A stretch of 64,000 nucleotides of DNA from Trichoplax sp. H2 (taxonomy: Eukaryota), in the NCBI GenBank assembly GCA_003344405.1, contig NOWV01000019.1, forward strand, positions 372,001-436,000, read 5' to 3'. This document shows, one piece after another, positions 12,061 to 24,419 of the stretch. The number at the start of each line of letters is the position of its first letter. The stretch's first letter is position 1. Under the pieces are notes generated by a model. The model ran no database searches, was not told where the DNA came from, and saw nothing but the letters and a program-made list of their open reading frames with translations. The translations under genes and the position numbers were made by a program.

Positions 12061-12923
12061 AAGACCCAAACGCCAATTGCTGGTAGTTAGTCGATTTATT
12101 CTACAGAGCTGCAATTTTATTGATTTCTTAATATCGAACAATTTGGTACGAGACCAACAGGTCGAAAAAAGCGTAATTGTTGAAAATTTTTCAGAATGTA
12201 CTCGTCATCCTAACAATCATTTACAGTATATTGTGCTATAAGAAATCGAAATAAAATTTGTTCACCTATGTTACCATATTAATATAAATCTATAGCCTAT
12301 TCCTATTTGTAATTCGATTACATATAAAGATGACTATTATGCATTATGAACGTCTTCGTATGATATGAGAGATTAGTTTTATCTTGTGAAATTTGGAGTT
12401 GAAGAAAGTATTAAGAATTGTACCGCGAGTATATATCAAGATTTACAGTAGATATAATGCTTATGGGATTGTTTGTAGCTGTGAAGGGGGGGGGGTATTA
12501 GGCACAAGCAAAATAGTCATCTGATGAGGGAATGTGAGGCAAAGTAATATATGAGAGCTTAAGATATGGTTGGTAAAATTCTGGTCATTCATCATTTAGT
12601 GAGATTAGATTATGGTCCAAGCAGCTAAAATGGATAACTAGTATAAGTCCCTGTAGTTGTAAAAGAATACATCAAATTTTCGTTTAATCAGCTTATAATA
12701 TGTCGTTATTCTTCTTTAATCTCACGCGCATTATTTTTGTGCCCATAAGAATAGGGTTGGCGATCTACGCGTACTTCAGAACAGGGTGATATAAAAATAT
12801 AATAGTAGGTTGTATACAATTTAATCTGCATCGATTTTAAGAGTGCTGATTTTAATGTTAAGAGAAAAATGATTATTCAAACATCTTCAGAATAAATTGT
12901 AATGCGAGTGAATAGGATTATGT

Positions 12924-14976
12924 TCAGGTGGTTACGCGTAACTGGTTCCAATTTCGGCATAACAGTAGCATATGCATAAATTCTTTATGACCTGGCCAGA
13001 TTTCAGTCGATTGATATCTTTGGCTAGGATTAACGGACAAATGATCAGGAGTGCAAGAGATTGGAATACACAGTACATCTCGTGCTAATCGAGCTAAAGT
13101 AGGAAATCGTTTTTCGTTGTTTTTCCACCACAAAAGAGGATCTGCAGCTACATCTCTGACGGCGGTTGCCGTGCAAAATTGACTTACTTCGTCATCTTGG
13201 GAACTATTATCGTCTTCTATTTCTGTATTCAGTAATCTGCTAAGCACAGAAGCTGATTGCGTTGATTCTTTTGCTTCATATCTGTATAAATCAGTCAAGA
13301 GTTGTCGTATAGCATTGCAATCTAGCGTTGATTCATTATTTGGAAATCTTGGATCGACTAACTTAGCTAATTTAACTACATCATATTCGACGACATTTTT
13401 ACACTCGCTTAATCTGATAGCCATCATATTAGCAATATATCTAATTTGTTTAGGTATTGAATTTGTTCCCTCATTATTAGTTACTTTCTCACAATGTTGC
13501 AATAATAATTTAAACGCACTCGGTATTAAGCTCAAGTTGATGGTATGGGTTTCGCCTTCTACTGTTGCTAAATTGACAGCTTTCTCAAGAAAATTGCATA
13601 CAGCAGTGAGTAATTCCCATTCATCCTGTGTTAAAGCGTAGTTAATCTAAATCTAGCTCTTCTGTGTTACACATGCTATCGAAAATTGGACGTAACTTGA
13701 TGGCTTGGTTAAGCATATTAAATATATCTTGCCAATTGGAATCAAGATCGCAACACTGTGGTAATTGGGTACCTTGATCATAACTAAATTCAACGACTAA
13801 TTTTGTAAAACAGTTCTTCCTTGATGCGATATGACTAACGGATAGGATAAAAAAATGAATTTTTTGAATTTGATGTTGGATAATGTGGAATCCTTCTTTT
13901 ACAGCGGGTTGTATTGCATGGATCAGGCATGGAATATGCCAATCATCATGACCCGATAATTGCTTAATGCTACATTCTTGAAATATTAAATTTTGCAGCA
14001 AATGCAATGAATTTCTCATATTTACTTCGGATTCACTGGTTATGGAAACAATTTTCCTTTTAATCCCCCACTGGCATATTTGACGATAAATAATATCGCA
14101 TAAGACTTGATCGTAAGTCTTTAAGCAAAGAGCAGGAGAATGTGTAACATGAAGTAATAAACGTTTGAGTATCCATTGATCATTAATCCAGTTTGCTGAA
14201 ATAGTAATTGAACCTTTTGGAACAGAGCGTGAAGAACAATCAATCGATAGAGCAATCTTGGATGTTACTGTACGTATCGATGTTTTGGCTATGCGGCATA
14301 AAATGCTAAAATAATCACTAATATAGTTCTGAATTGTGGTTCTATCTGGAGGTACATAGTAAGGTTGCAGTCTGTGTAACATTTCTGTAAATTTTCTATT
14401 TTCAACATCACTAAGAGGGATGATACCATGGATCATCCAAGCTCCGATCGATTCTACAATATCATTATTGAACGATTGCTTGGTATGGCTTACATCATAT
14501 CTCTTGTTTTTGATTTTAATTTCAGTTTTAGTTGATTTTTCGATGGTAGGCAATGGAGTCGACTTGTCCTTAATAGGCGATAGATCAAACTCTTCTTTAA
14601 TGGATAGCTGAGGTAAATTTCCTTCAGTAGGAGACTGAGTTAAAATTTTCTTGATCGGAGATCGAGCTAAATTTTTCGTAATAGGAGATTCAGTTAAACT
14701 TTCCTGAACATTGGATTCGGCTTCATTTTGTCGTACTGGTATTTCAAAATCATTTTCTTCCCAAAGATGCTTTTTAACATGCTTTAAAAGAGTACTTGTT
14801 CCAGAGGGATTTCTATACGATGCACTGCAACCAGGGACATGGCAAAAGGCATTGATAACCTTTCCATTGATATCTTCTACAGTGGTAAAATATTGCCATA
14901 CTATACTTGTGCGACTTCGTTTTCTACTATTTATATGTGAAATATCAGCACTAACTGATAACATTTCATTATTCAT
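12924..14976 (-). mobile_element. BED zinc finger / hAT transposase-derived gene (ZBED-like), split by a single +1 frameshift at ~13642-13647; about 683 aa if restored
   Basis: BED finger SIVWQYF...CHVPGC...GTSTLLKHVKKH; F.EMLHRLQPYYVPPDRTTI; SITISANWINDQW; PCLIH; LTQDEWELL in the downstream frame; hAT dimerisation domain DPLLWWKNNEKRFPTLARLARDVLCIP. No terminal inverted repeats were recognised. Confidence 0.9.
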
Positions 14977-17900
14977 CGTAATAATTCCTCAGTTCTTACT
15001 TTAATGCAGCAATGAAAAGTCAGAATAGAAGCATTTCAATTAAGTAAGGACTTTAAGTTGGATCACTAATTTCCAGCTTTTTCCTGTTGTGATGCAAGTT
15101 AGTGCAGAATGATGTTAATAATCTCACTATCAATATTATCAGCTTGATTATACACATGAAAGCTGGTCCAAGTTAATTGATAGAATTTATATGCTAGTTA
15201 GAAAATTATTTGGACGTCATGTTATGAAAATACTTCAAAAAGAACTGAATTGTAAGCTATGTTTCCTTAAATGAAAACTTATCAGCAAAATTCATTGCAT
15301 AGGCACAAAATGATTCTTGCTTTTTATCATCATTCGATTTGATGATTGTAACCGCAATAAACGTGCCTATACTAGATTTATATATTGGTTGAGCACGAAA
15401 TAATTAACTGGAACCATGCTGGAACTAATACCTGCATTTTATTAGTGATTACTACCATCAAAGCCTCTAGTGATTAGTCTTACTGATTAATAAAATACTC
15501 TAAGAATTTGCACGATTGTAGTAGGGAGGATCAAGTAACTACTGTGCAATATGCATGTAAGTATTAATGCAAACTCTAAGCCTAAGAGACAATACTACCA
15601 TATGTCGACTTTTAATAAAATCTTAAATCATGATCTATACCAATTAATAATTATTAATTAGCTGGTTAGCATAATCGGCCGCAAAGTTGCTGATTACTCT
15701 CTATGAAAGCATTCGGTTTGCTTCTAACCTGCTAACATATTTGCTGATTTACCTGGAACCAATTAGCGTAAATAGTAGCAAAATAGTAATGCACCGATAG
15801 TTACAGTATAATCATATAATTAACCGATCTTTTTTAAGCTTCAATACTTGCGTTATGATTATGCCAGTTTGGACCATGACAGGTAGTTCTGACAGTTTAA
15901 GTAGTCTTTAAAACTTTCAATTTAATAGCGACTTCCAGAGCAAGAATACGGCACTTATAGATAGATGCCAGTTAGCTGTGAATTACAAGCATAGTTAATT
16001 ATATGATTATGATCGGTGCCTTATTCTATCAGTGTACTTATAGAATACGCGTATAGATCATTGACGGCATCAATTTACGTATACAGTAAAAATTGCAGAA
16101 TGTTCTTGCACAGACATTTTTAGCTTGATTGCAAGCTACATGCTTCAGTATAAAATGATGCGGTAGTGATATTTTATCACCGTACGGGAATGGACCTTAT
16201 TTGGATTCAGCTCCGAATCTTCAATTTGCATGCTGGTAGGAATCTTAAATGTATAGACCACTTTGTTTATGGCCTATACATTTAGTCCACTTACTCATTC
16301 GTAGGTAATTCCGATACTTTATGCCCATCTACGGATAAGATCTTAATCAAATTTGATTTCAAACCCAATCAATTTACTTATTCATGGACAATCCCGATAA
16401 TCTAAGTTCTCATTTTAGACAAGATCGCAATTAGATCTTTTAACCAGTCTTTTCTGGAAATGTACAAGTCAAATAGCTCTAAATTACAGTAAGTGATGAA
16501 TACTGTGGTTCAATTTGATAAAATCCTGTTTACAGAACGAAATGAGGATGAGGAAGGGGAACATTAACATACAAATATTTTATGACTACTTGTCTCTAAT
16601 ATCAATTAACTTTAACAATAAATTTAATTCAATGATCTAATCATTCCAAATTCTACGGAATCCGTAGTACACACATCAGAGCAATAGGTATTTGTAAGAG
16701 TTGATACAAAAAAATTCCGTATGTTATTTATATTGATTATACAGTACAGGTATACATCTGGATTATGAAAATGTGACTGATAATTTGAATGCGATGATTC
16801 GTAATTAGGAGAAGCAAAGAAGCTTAAAAACTACCTTCTATGTAATATCGATTTCAGCAAGTTAAAGGCAACATTAGCTGATGAGAAAGTGTACCATTGG
16901 AAATTACAAAGCAGCATAAGTAATTATTGATAGAGATATAAGTAGGGATATAATGTAGCATGACAGATACCGCTATTTCGAAGCAATCGCGAAAAAAATC
17001 TACAACTTAGCAATTTTAATCTATAAAATTTAATTAGATGCAATAGCTACGATTAATTAATTTTTGTCTTGGTACAGTTTCTGGAACTAAATATTGATTA
17101 GTTGAAATTAGTCTCCCCTCATGCTCAATATATGTCCTTTCTTAAACAGCAATTAATCATACAAATTGGGCTAATGTGATTATAGTCTACCTCTCTATGT
17201 ATATAATTTCTCTTCTCGTATTGCTTATGTGCCTATTCAATAATCTATCTATTTTTTTGGTAATATATATATGATGGGTAGTTGTAGTGATTGATTGGAA
17301 AATTTTGAAAAGAAAATTTCGTCATAATTTCATTCCGCCTAGTAGTTTTGATTGCTTCTATCTTTCGATAATGTCAGCAGATAGAGAAAAAGCTATAGAC
17401 ATTTTATTCATATTTTATCGCATCTATTAAAATACGCTCAGCTACTCATTAGGCTTATTACGTTATAAATTGTAGATGCTTTACACAACTATAATATTTT
17501 ATGTCATTACTTCAGTGTTAGCAATGAAAGTCCTTTAGTCTAATGCAGTTCATTTACCATTAGATTCATAACCTGATAACAGTTGATGCTGCATAAGGTA
17601 GCTAGATATATCTGCAGTTTTCGAAAGAAAGAAACTTTAGTTAACAATACATTCAATTTCAATAACAGCAAATTACTTGTCATAAGAAACTTCATCAGTT
17701 TGTAATCTGCGTAGGAGTTAATTAAATATATTGCATAGCAGATCACATAAATAATATCAAGGCATCTCATTCATATTATAACAGTATTTTTCCACAATAT
17801 ACAGTACAAACAGATCGTTAAAGCAAATATTATCTAGTTATCTTCATAGTCATAACATAAATATCTTCTGTTTTAATTTTTTTCCTATAGGTGACTAATA

Positions 17901-20900
17901 TCAGTGCAATAAAATTTATTATATCATTGATAAAATCTTTATGGTGTTCCTGGATATTCTCTATATTATAGGTTAACATCTGCTGCCTTACTTAAACAAA
18001 TTAAAGATGCATGCATGCATTGCTAATGGAAAAATTTTGTCAGATATGTTTAATTGATACCATTTTACATAATTTATTAAACAATTAATGATATAATTAT
18101 TTCATCATTATAATACAGAATGTATATTATATCAGAATTGTGCACACTGAACCATCGGTAAATGTATCTACTACCTTTGGCTCTATTATCAAAGAAAAGC
18201 TTGAAAATATTACGCTCCTAATCTTGGAAACAATAACAATATTTTCCATGTTATAATTAAATAGATTTTACAGTAGTGGTAAATTTCATCCGGTATCTTG
18301 TTTACTGTAAACAATATTCTACTAGCTAACGTGACTGTAGAGATATTGGTCATAACAGTATCCGTGTATTTATAATTGAACAATGACAAATTCTGGATTT
18401 CTTCCAGATACATTTATATATAATTTAATCCATTTAATCAAGAAAACGTTCTCATCTAATACTTGCTTTAGTGCTCTCTAATTTTATGTTACAAGCTTAC
18501 TTTGCAGATGAGAAAATGAAAGAAAAATTAAAATGAATTACTACAAACTTATGCTATCAAGCATTCAATTAAATATATACATTTTGTTAGCTTCTTTTTA
18601 GATACCATTTAAAAGCAATATAACTTTTACTATCTTTACTAATTTTACTCGTAAATAATGTAGTGTACAAATTATTAATTGGTGTATTCAAGTAAATTAT
18701 TTATGGTAATTTAATTTACTCCATATATCTTAAATACAAATATGCATACATGATTAAAAAATTACCTTTTAGTAGGTTGTTTTATTACTTACTTGTGTTG
18801 TTTATGCCATGTAGGTGTTACATCATCATTTACGAAGTTTTGCATTGGTTTATTGATGAATCATCGATTACATAATTAGTCAATAGTAACATGAATTAAA
18901 AGAGATGGCAATTAAAATTACATGAGAAATCTTACGCTTTCTAGTAGGCTAATGTGAACGAGACAGTAGTGATGTTAGGCTAACGCAATTTCATTGGCAA
19001 CTATCGATTTCAATCATGCAGAATAACAATGTTGAAATTTGATCTTTTTCTAGTCTTGACAGATATCCATTTTTGCTCTGGAGTAGAACATTAACGATCT
19101 CCAGTCAAGAAACAAATAGCGAAGGATATTTTCTAGCTGTACCTGATGTAATCATTCTGTTGTATTTAAGCATCTAATATGTATTTACTTATTGGATCTA
19201 CCAAGGGATGTTTAATACCTCGTATAAATTTGCATGTCTTACTCATCACTAATCAATGTTGTCCATAATCTACGGCATAGGAAAACAATTCAAATGGAAT
19301 ACATTCATGGCACCTTATAAAGCCCCTTATCCTACTTTCTAAGGCCAAATTGATATTGATAAAATGAAATAAATTAACGAAATGTATTTTTTTACCAAAG
19401 AATTTTATCTAGCTATTTGTAAAAGTGGAATTGACTGATTTAGCTGCTACAAAGTACGATGGTTTGGTGTATAATTGAAATTTTTCACAAAGATATAAAA
19501 TACTAGATCTTGTCCGCTATTTCTACTACCACATATTACCTGACCATACATTATATAGTGAACTATCTAGACTAATATTTCTTGCAATTTAAAATATTAT
19601 ATAGTAAAAAGAGGAATAGCGATATGAGCGATTTATGTGCTCAGTTATCAAAGAATAAATTGATAGTTTTATTTTTTTCCTTTTTAGAAATTGTCACTAA
19701 TAAAGAATTTAATTGCAAAATACGACGGTATTTTTGGTTTATATGCAATCATTCTACTAGAATAAATAATACCCTCATTATAATGTGGATTAACATAGCT
19801 TCTTTTTATATGTACTGTTATGACGGCTTATATTAAATTGCAACAAATTCAAATAAATTGATTATAGTTAACAGGGTTAATTAATCTTAAATTATTGATA
19901 TTTATTGAATTGATTCAAAACATATGCTGAATAGATGTAGAGAATACTTATTAATTATTACTATTGATATTAGTGAAGCATATTATTATTCTCGTTTTAC
20001 AACGCGTCTTATAGATAGTGACCTTTGAAATATGACGATTGATATCAAAGATCAATGGCTATATAATAAGCTAATCACTAATTATCAGTATTGTTTAGTA
20101 ATATTAAATAACAACTATCAGTTTTTGAAATTTTGAACAACAACTATTGGATCTTTACGTTTGATGTCTAGTAGATTGAAATAGAATCAGTAATCAATAT
20201 CATTCATTACTAATATTCACTCTTTTCTCTAAATGATTCTGACTAGTTAGCAATGGAAAACCCTATATGGCTAACAAAGTTACTGAAATATGATTGTGTC
20301 GTCGAACATTATTAGTTAAAAGCGAAAATAAACTACTATTTTAATAATGGTTATTCATAGATATCAATTGCCTGATTTGTTGATTAACCCTCTATCGGTA
20401 TTAATTAATTCTCTCCTTTTCATATCTTTGTTGGCCATTTATTTGCCAATTTTATTCTTTGAGATATTATCAGAAACCTTTATTTGTTTACTTGAACTCA
20501 GCCTTGTGCTCCTATTACATTAAATGACATGACAATAACTTCTATCTTGATTTATTTCTTTGCTTTTTTTTATCATCATACTATTTACAGTTAACTGATA
20601 TTTGCCAGACGGTAATATTTCTTGCATAGATAATAAGTGTGCGCGTAAAATACGATATCTCAAATATTTTATAGCCGTATATTTATACTCTTCAATAAAA
20701 AATATGCGTTCTGGTTATAAGTTAGCATAATACAGTTGATAACTTAATTATTTCACAATAGGAAGAAATAACTGGATCGGAATAATTCTCGTAAACTTGT
20801 CTGCTAATGTCTGATGTTCATTTGATCATGGCATGTCTTTTATTTCGAAAACAATAGTTAGCCTTGAACCAGTCTACTAGAGGTCAAACTATCGTGAAAT

Positions 20901-23186
20901 TTGAATAGGTTACTTAGCTGTATAATGTTATAGAAAGGTAGAATTTTCAAAGTGAGTTTATAATTGCTTAGATGTATTCCATAACCGACAGAACATCAGA
21001 AATTGGCTTCTGCTTTCTTTACATACTTTATTAAAGATATTTATGTACTGTTAATAGAAGTAGCAAAATAAATATTCAATCCGACCCAATTTTATGATAT
21101 ATAGTTGGTTGCGATGTCATAACCAATAAAGCGAACATATTTATAATTTCATTTTGCCAAACTAAACCCATCCATTCGCCATCTGCTGAATACATAAATG
21201 CTGGTACGCAAATTATTCATTAGTATATATCGATAAAATAGGTTTGATGGAATTGAATGGCTTTACATATAAGATATGAGTGTTCATTTAGTATAGTAGA
21301 ATTAATAGATCCAGTTTTGATAGCTATTGGAATTCATAACTGGTTTATTCTATCATTTCTAAGTAATGAAAGGTAATCGCATTGAAAGAGTCTGTGCTTG
21401 AGACATGTATTCTCCTTAAAGTCGATTTTAATCAAGTATTGATTATAACGGCTGCTTGAGTAAACTGGTGATATGGATCACAGCCAATGCGGATAGGGAT
21501 ACATAATATCAAGAGTTATCTTGAAGACCCCTTTCTTCTCACTATGGCGGTCTAGTGAATAATTACTGCTTCCATTACAGTACGGTAGTATTGTTTAGTA
21601 AAGGTAATTTTAATTGTTTTAATGAAAGGATGACTAGCTATTCTGTAGACCATAGATTGTCATATATTTCATATTCGCATGATAATAAATTGCATACTCT
21701 ATTGATTTTATTTAGGCTTGACGAGTCAATTGGTAAGTATTCGATTTGAAAGACTTTTGCTAGCTAATTAGCGATACTGTATATATGCTTTATCATCATT
21801 AAGTCATCCTTTGAAATGTTCAATTAGAATTGATTGAAAGCATTTCCACGTCGCATTGTGCTAGCCTGGTGCCTAATGATAGAAGACAGTTTCTATGATA
21901 CTGCTTACACTATACATTTTTCTTTCCGTCTTTTAATTAATCCAAAGTATGCTGACTCCTGTTTAAATTCCTTACATTCATACAGTACCAATGGCATTAA
22001 GATAGAATTCATCGAGAGATACATACTATGGCAAAAGAGCAACTGCAAGATTCAGGTGGTGACTCTATCACACGTTCTGTATAATATTAGGTTATGAGTA
22101 GGATCAATATACGAGTACAGTGTACAGAAACAGTTGACTACCGTAGTGACGTGATTTAGTGAATCATTTATGAGTATTCCTTAGTTGGCCATTTATGGCA
22201 GCAACATCATGACGTATCAGCTAACTTCAGCATTTTTGGAATGGACTTGATGATGCCACTGTCTAATTATACACTTTTGCAGTCATTTTGCATGTCGTTG
22301 AGAAAGTACCCAGGGTATTCGATAAATACAGTATAATTAATTTATTCATTTTATATAATGAATGAATTACCGCATAGTATACAGCAGAAGTCAAAAGTCT
22401 ACTTCTAAGTTGATAAATGGAGGGTAGCAACCTCGAATGAAGGTTATGATTGGAGAATCTATCTATGAATTCACGTCGTTGACTACAGTAATATTAATTT
22501 GCATTTTACAACAAACTCCTTGATACAGACGTACGCTCATGCAGACTTTTTCGCTTTATCGTATCATCTATACACCAGCTGTGAATAACACTTTGTGGCC
22601 AACGATACCAAATCGTAATCAACTGGAATGCTAAAGACAAGCCTAACCCTAAGCCTAAATTATACTGCTGATTATTGCATTTAAATTGGAGAGAATTTAG
22701 ATACGGGAATAACCTGATTACAGTTGGATGAGCACGGCCATGTTGTAGAAATAATGTGGTGAAAATTAATTTAGCTCAGTAGAGATCTCTGATACGCTAC
22801 AACATCCCAGTAGGTGTACTAATAACTAAAGTGTTTCAATAACTAATGGATTGCTATTCTACTGGATGATGTATCTCTAAGGAGATAATTGGGGAGAAGA
22901 GTATAAACTCAAGCCCTTTATCGTGAATATTAAATATATTATTGTAACCCTAAAGTTAACTGATTAAACAGTACTGCTTGTTGTGCAAGTGGGGAGAAAA
23001 TTGGGGAAAATGGAATGGCATGCTTCAAGTCAAGTTGATTTAGCTAAGCGCTGTTTGCAAGTCTGCAGTACATATTCTACAGTAAGAGAACGAACTAACA
23101 TCGATTCATGCCAATTTCAACTATCCAATCTATTACAGCCGTTGAGAGCATGAATGTTGAAGTACAGTGCAGCAAATCAGCTGCAT

Positions 23187-23635
23187 CTATCGCCATGTTG
23201 AGGTTTCTGCATGCAGACTTGGCTAATGGAATGGCAATCTGAGTATGCTACTGTAAAAGCATTCTGTAACTAATCGTATATAAATCGTGAATTTTGCTGT
23301 AATAAGTAGATTGTCAGATAGTCAGATAGTCCTTGGTAGTTAGGCGAACCTAACTTCTGTAATAAAGTGAAATTTGCAAGAAACTGTAGTTCCTGATTTA
23401 TTGTTTTGAAGATCACTTTATCACATTTTTGGGGCTGCACTACAGCTACTAACACGAACTGTGATCGTGCTTGGTGCTCTGAAGATGACTGCAAACGACA
23501 GCCAGTTGATGGCCTATCTATCGCCATGTTGAGGTTTCTACATGCAGACTTGGCTAATGGAATGCCAACCTGAGTATGCTACTAACACGAACTGTGCTTT
23601 GAAGATGACTGCAAACGACAGCCAGTTGATAGCCT
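23187..23635. repeat. Local mosaic duplication upstream of the Sp gene (segments A, B, then A'B')
   Basis: ctatcgccatgttgaggtttct.catgcagacttggctaatggaatg occurs at ~23188 and ~23518. ctactaacacgaactgtg...gaagatgactgcaaacgacagccagttgat occurs at ~23447 and ~23579. Confidence 0.85.
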
Positions 23636-24039
23636 ATACTGTGTCTAGTGTCTACGGTATGTTATTATTGTACAGTGTACAGTGCACAGACTATAGTATA
23701 GTACTGTACCATATGGTACTGTAATTGGTCTGATGGAAAATGTGTAAAACGAATGTCGCCTTTAGCCTCGATGCGCCATTACAAATACCGCCTTAGCGTA
23801 CGACATTTGTTTTACTTCAGTCTACTATACGGGGTATGGGTGTACGCTATGTTATCCGGCTTTGGAGGCATGACGAGAGAAATGACGAAACGTCTTGTCT
23901 GCCTCTATGAGACATCGCGTACGCTCCACAAACTAAATTAGTCTACTATTGAAGAAGGCTGTCAAGCGGCAGATCGACTTGGACTAAAACAAGGGGCAAA
24001 CTGGCACTGTGTCCAACACGCATGTCCATTTTGACGCTG

Positions 24040-24180
24040 ACTGGTTGAGTCAACAAAGGTAGTCATTGATCGGTGAAGTCCAGCCTCTTGACTGTCTATC
24101 AAATCAATTCAACGTATCCATTGGTTGATAGCAATGACGTCAGGCATCATCTGCCATCTGTCAACGTATTCGATTGGTCC
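24040..24180 (+). promoter_or_regulatory. Candidate Sp proximal promoter: AP-1 site, CRE palindrome and two reverse CCAAT boxes
   Basis: TGAGTCA 24046-24052; TGACGTCA 24135-24142; repeated TCAACGTAT-(2-3 nt)-ATTGGT at 24109 and 24161. These lie 240-380 bp upstream of the ATG. Confidence 0.5.
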
Positions 24181-24419
24181 AAGTGTTGGCGAGAAAAAGT
24201 ATCGTAACGCTTATCAGATCGATTGCATATTTTAGTCACTTCCCCTTGTCTATAGGATCATTTGGAACTTTTTCTAAGCTTTTATAGTTTTTCCAACCCC
24301 CAATTTATTGTTTGCAAGGTTGGAGGAGAAAAAAAAGGAGGTTAAATCCGTCACAACAAGATTCCTCTTTTCTTATTCATACTCATCTTGAGTTACAAAG
24401 AGTTTATTACTATCCGTTC

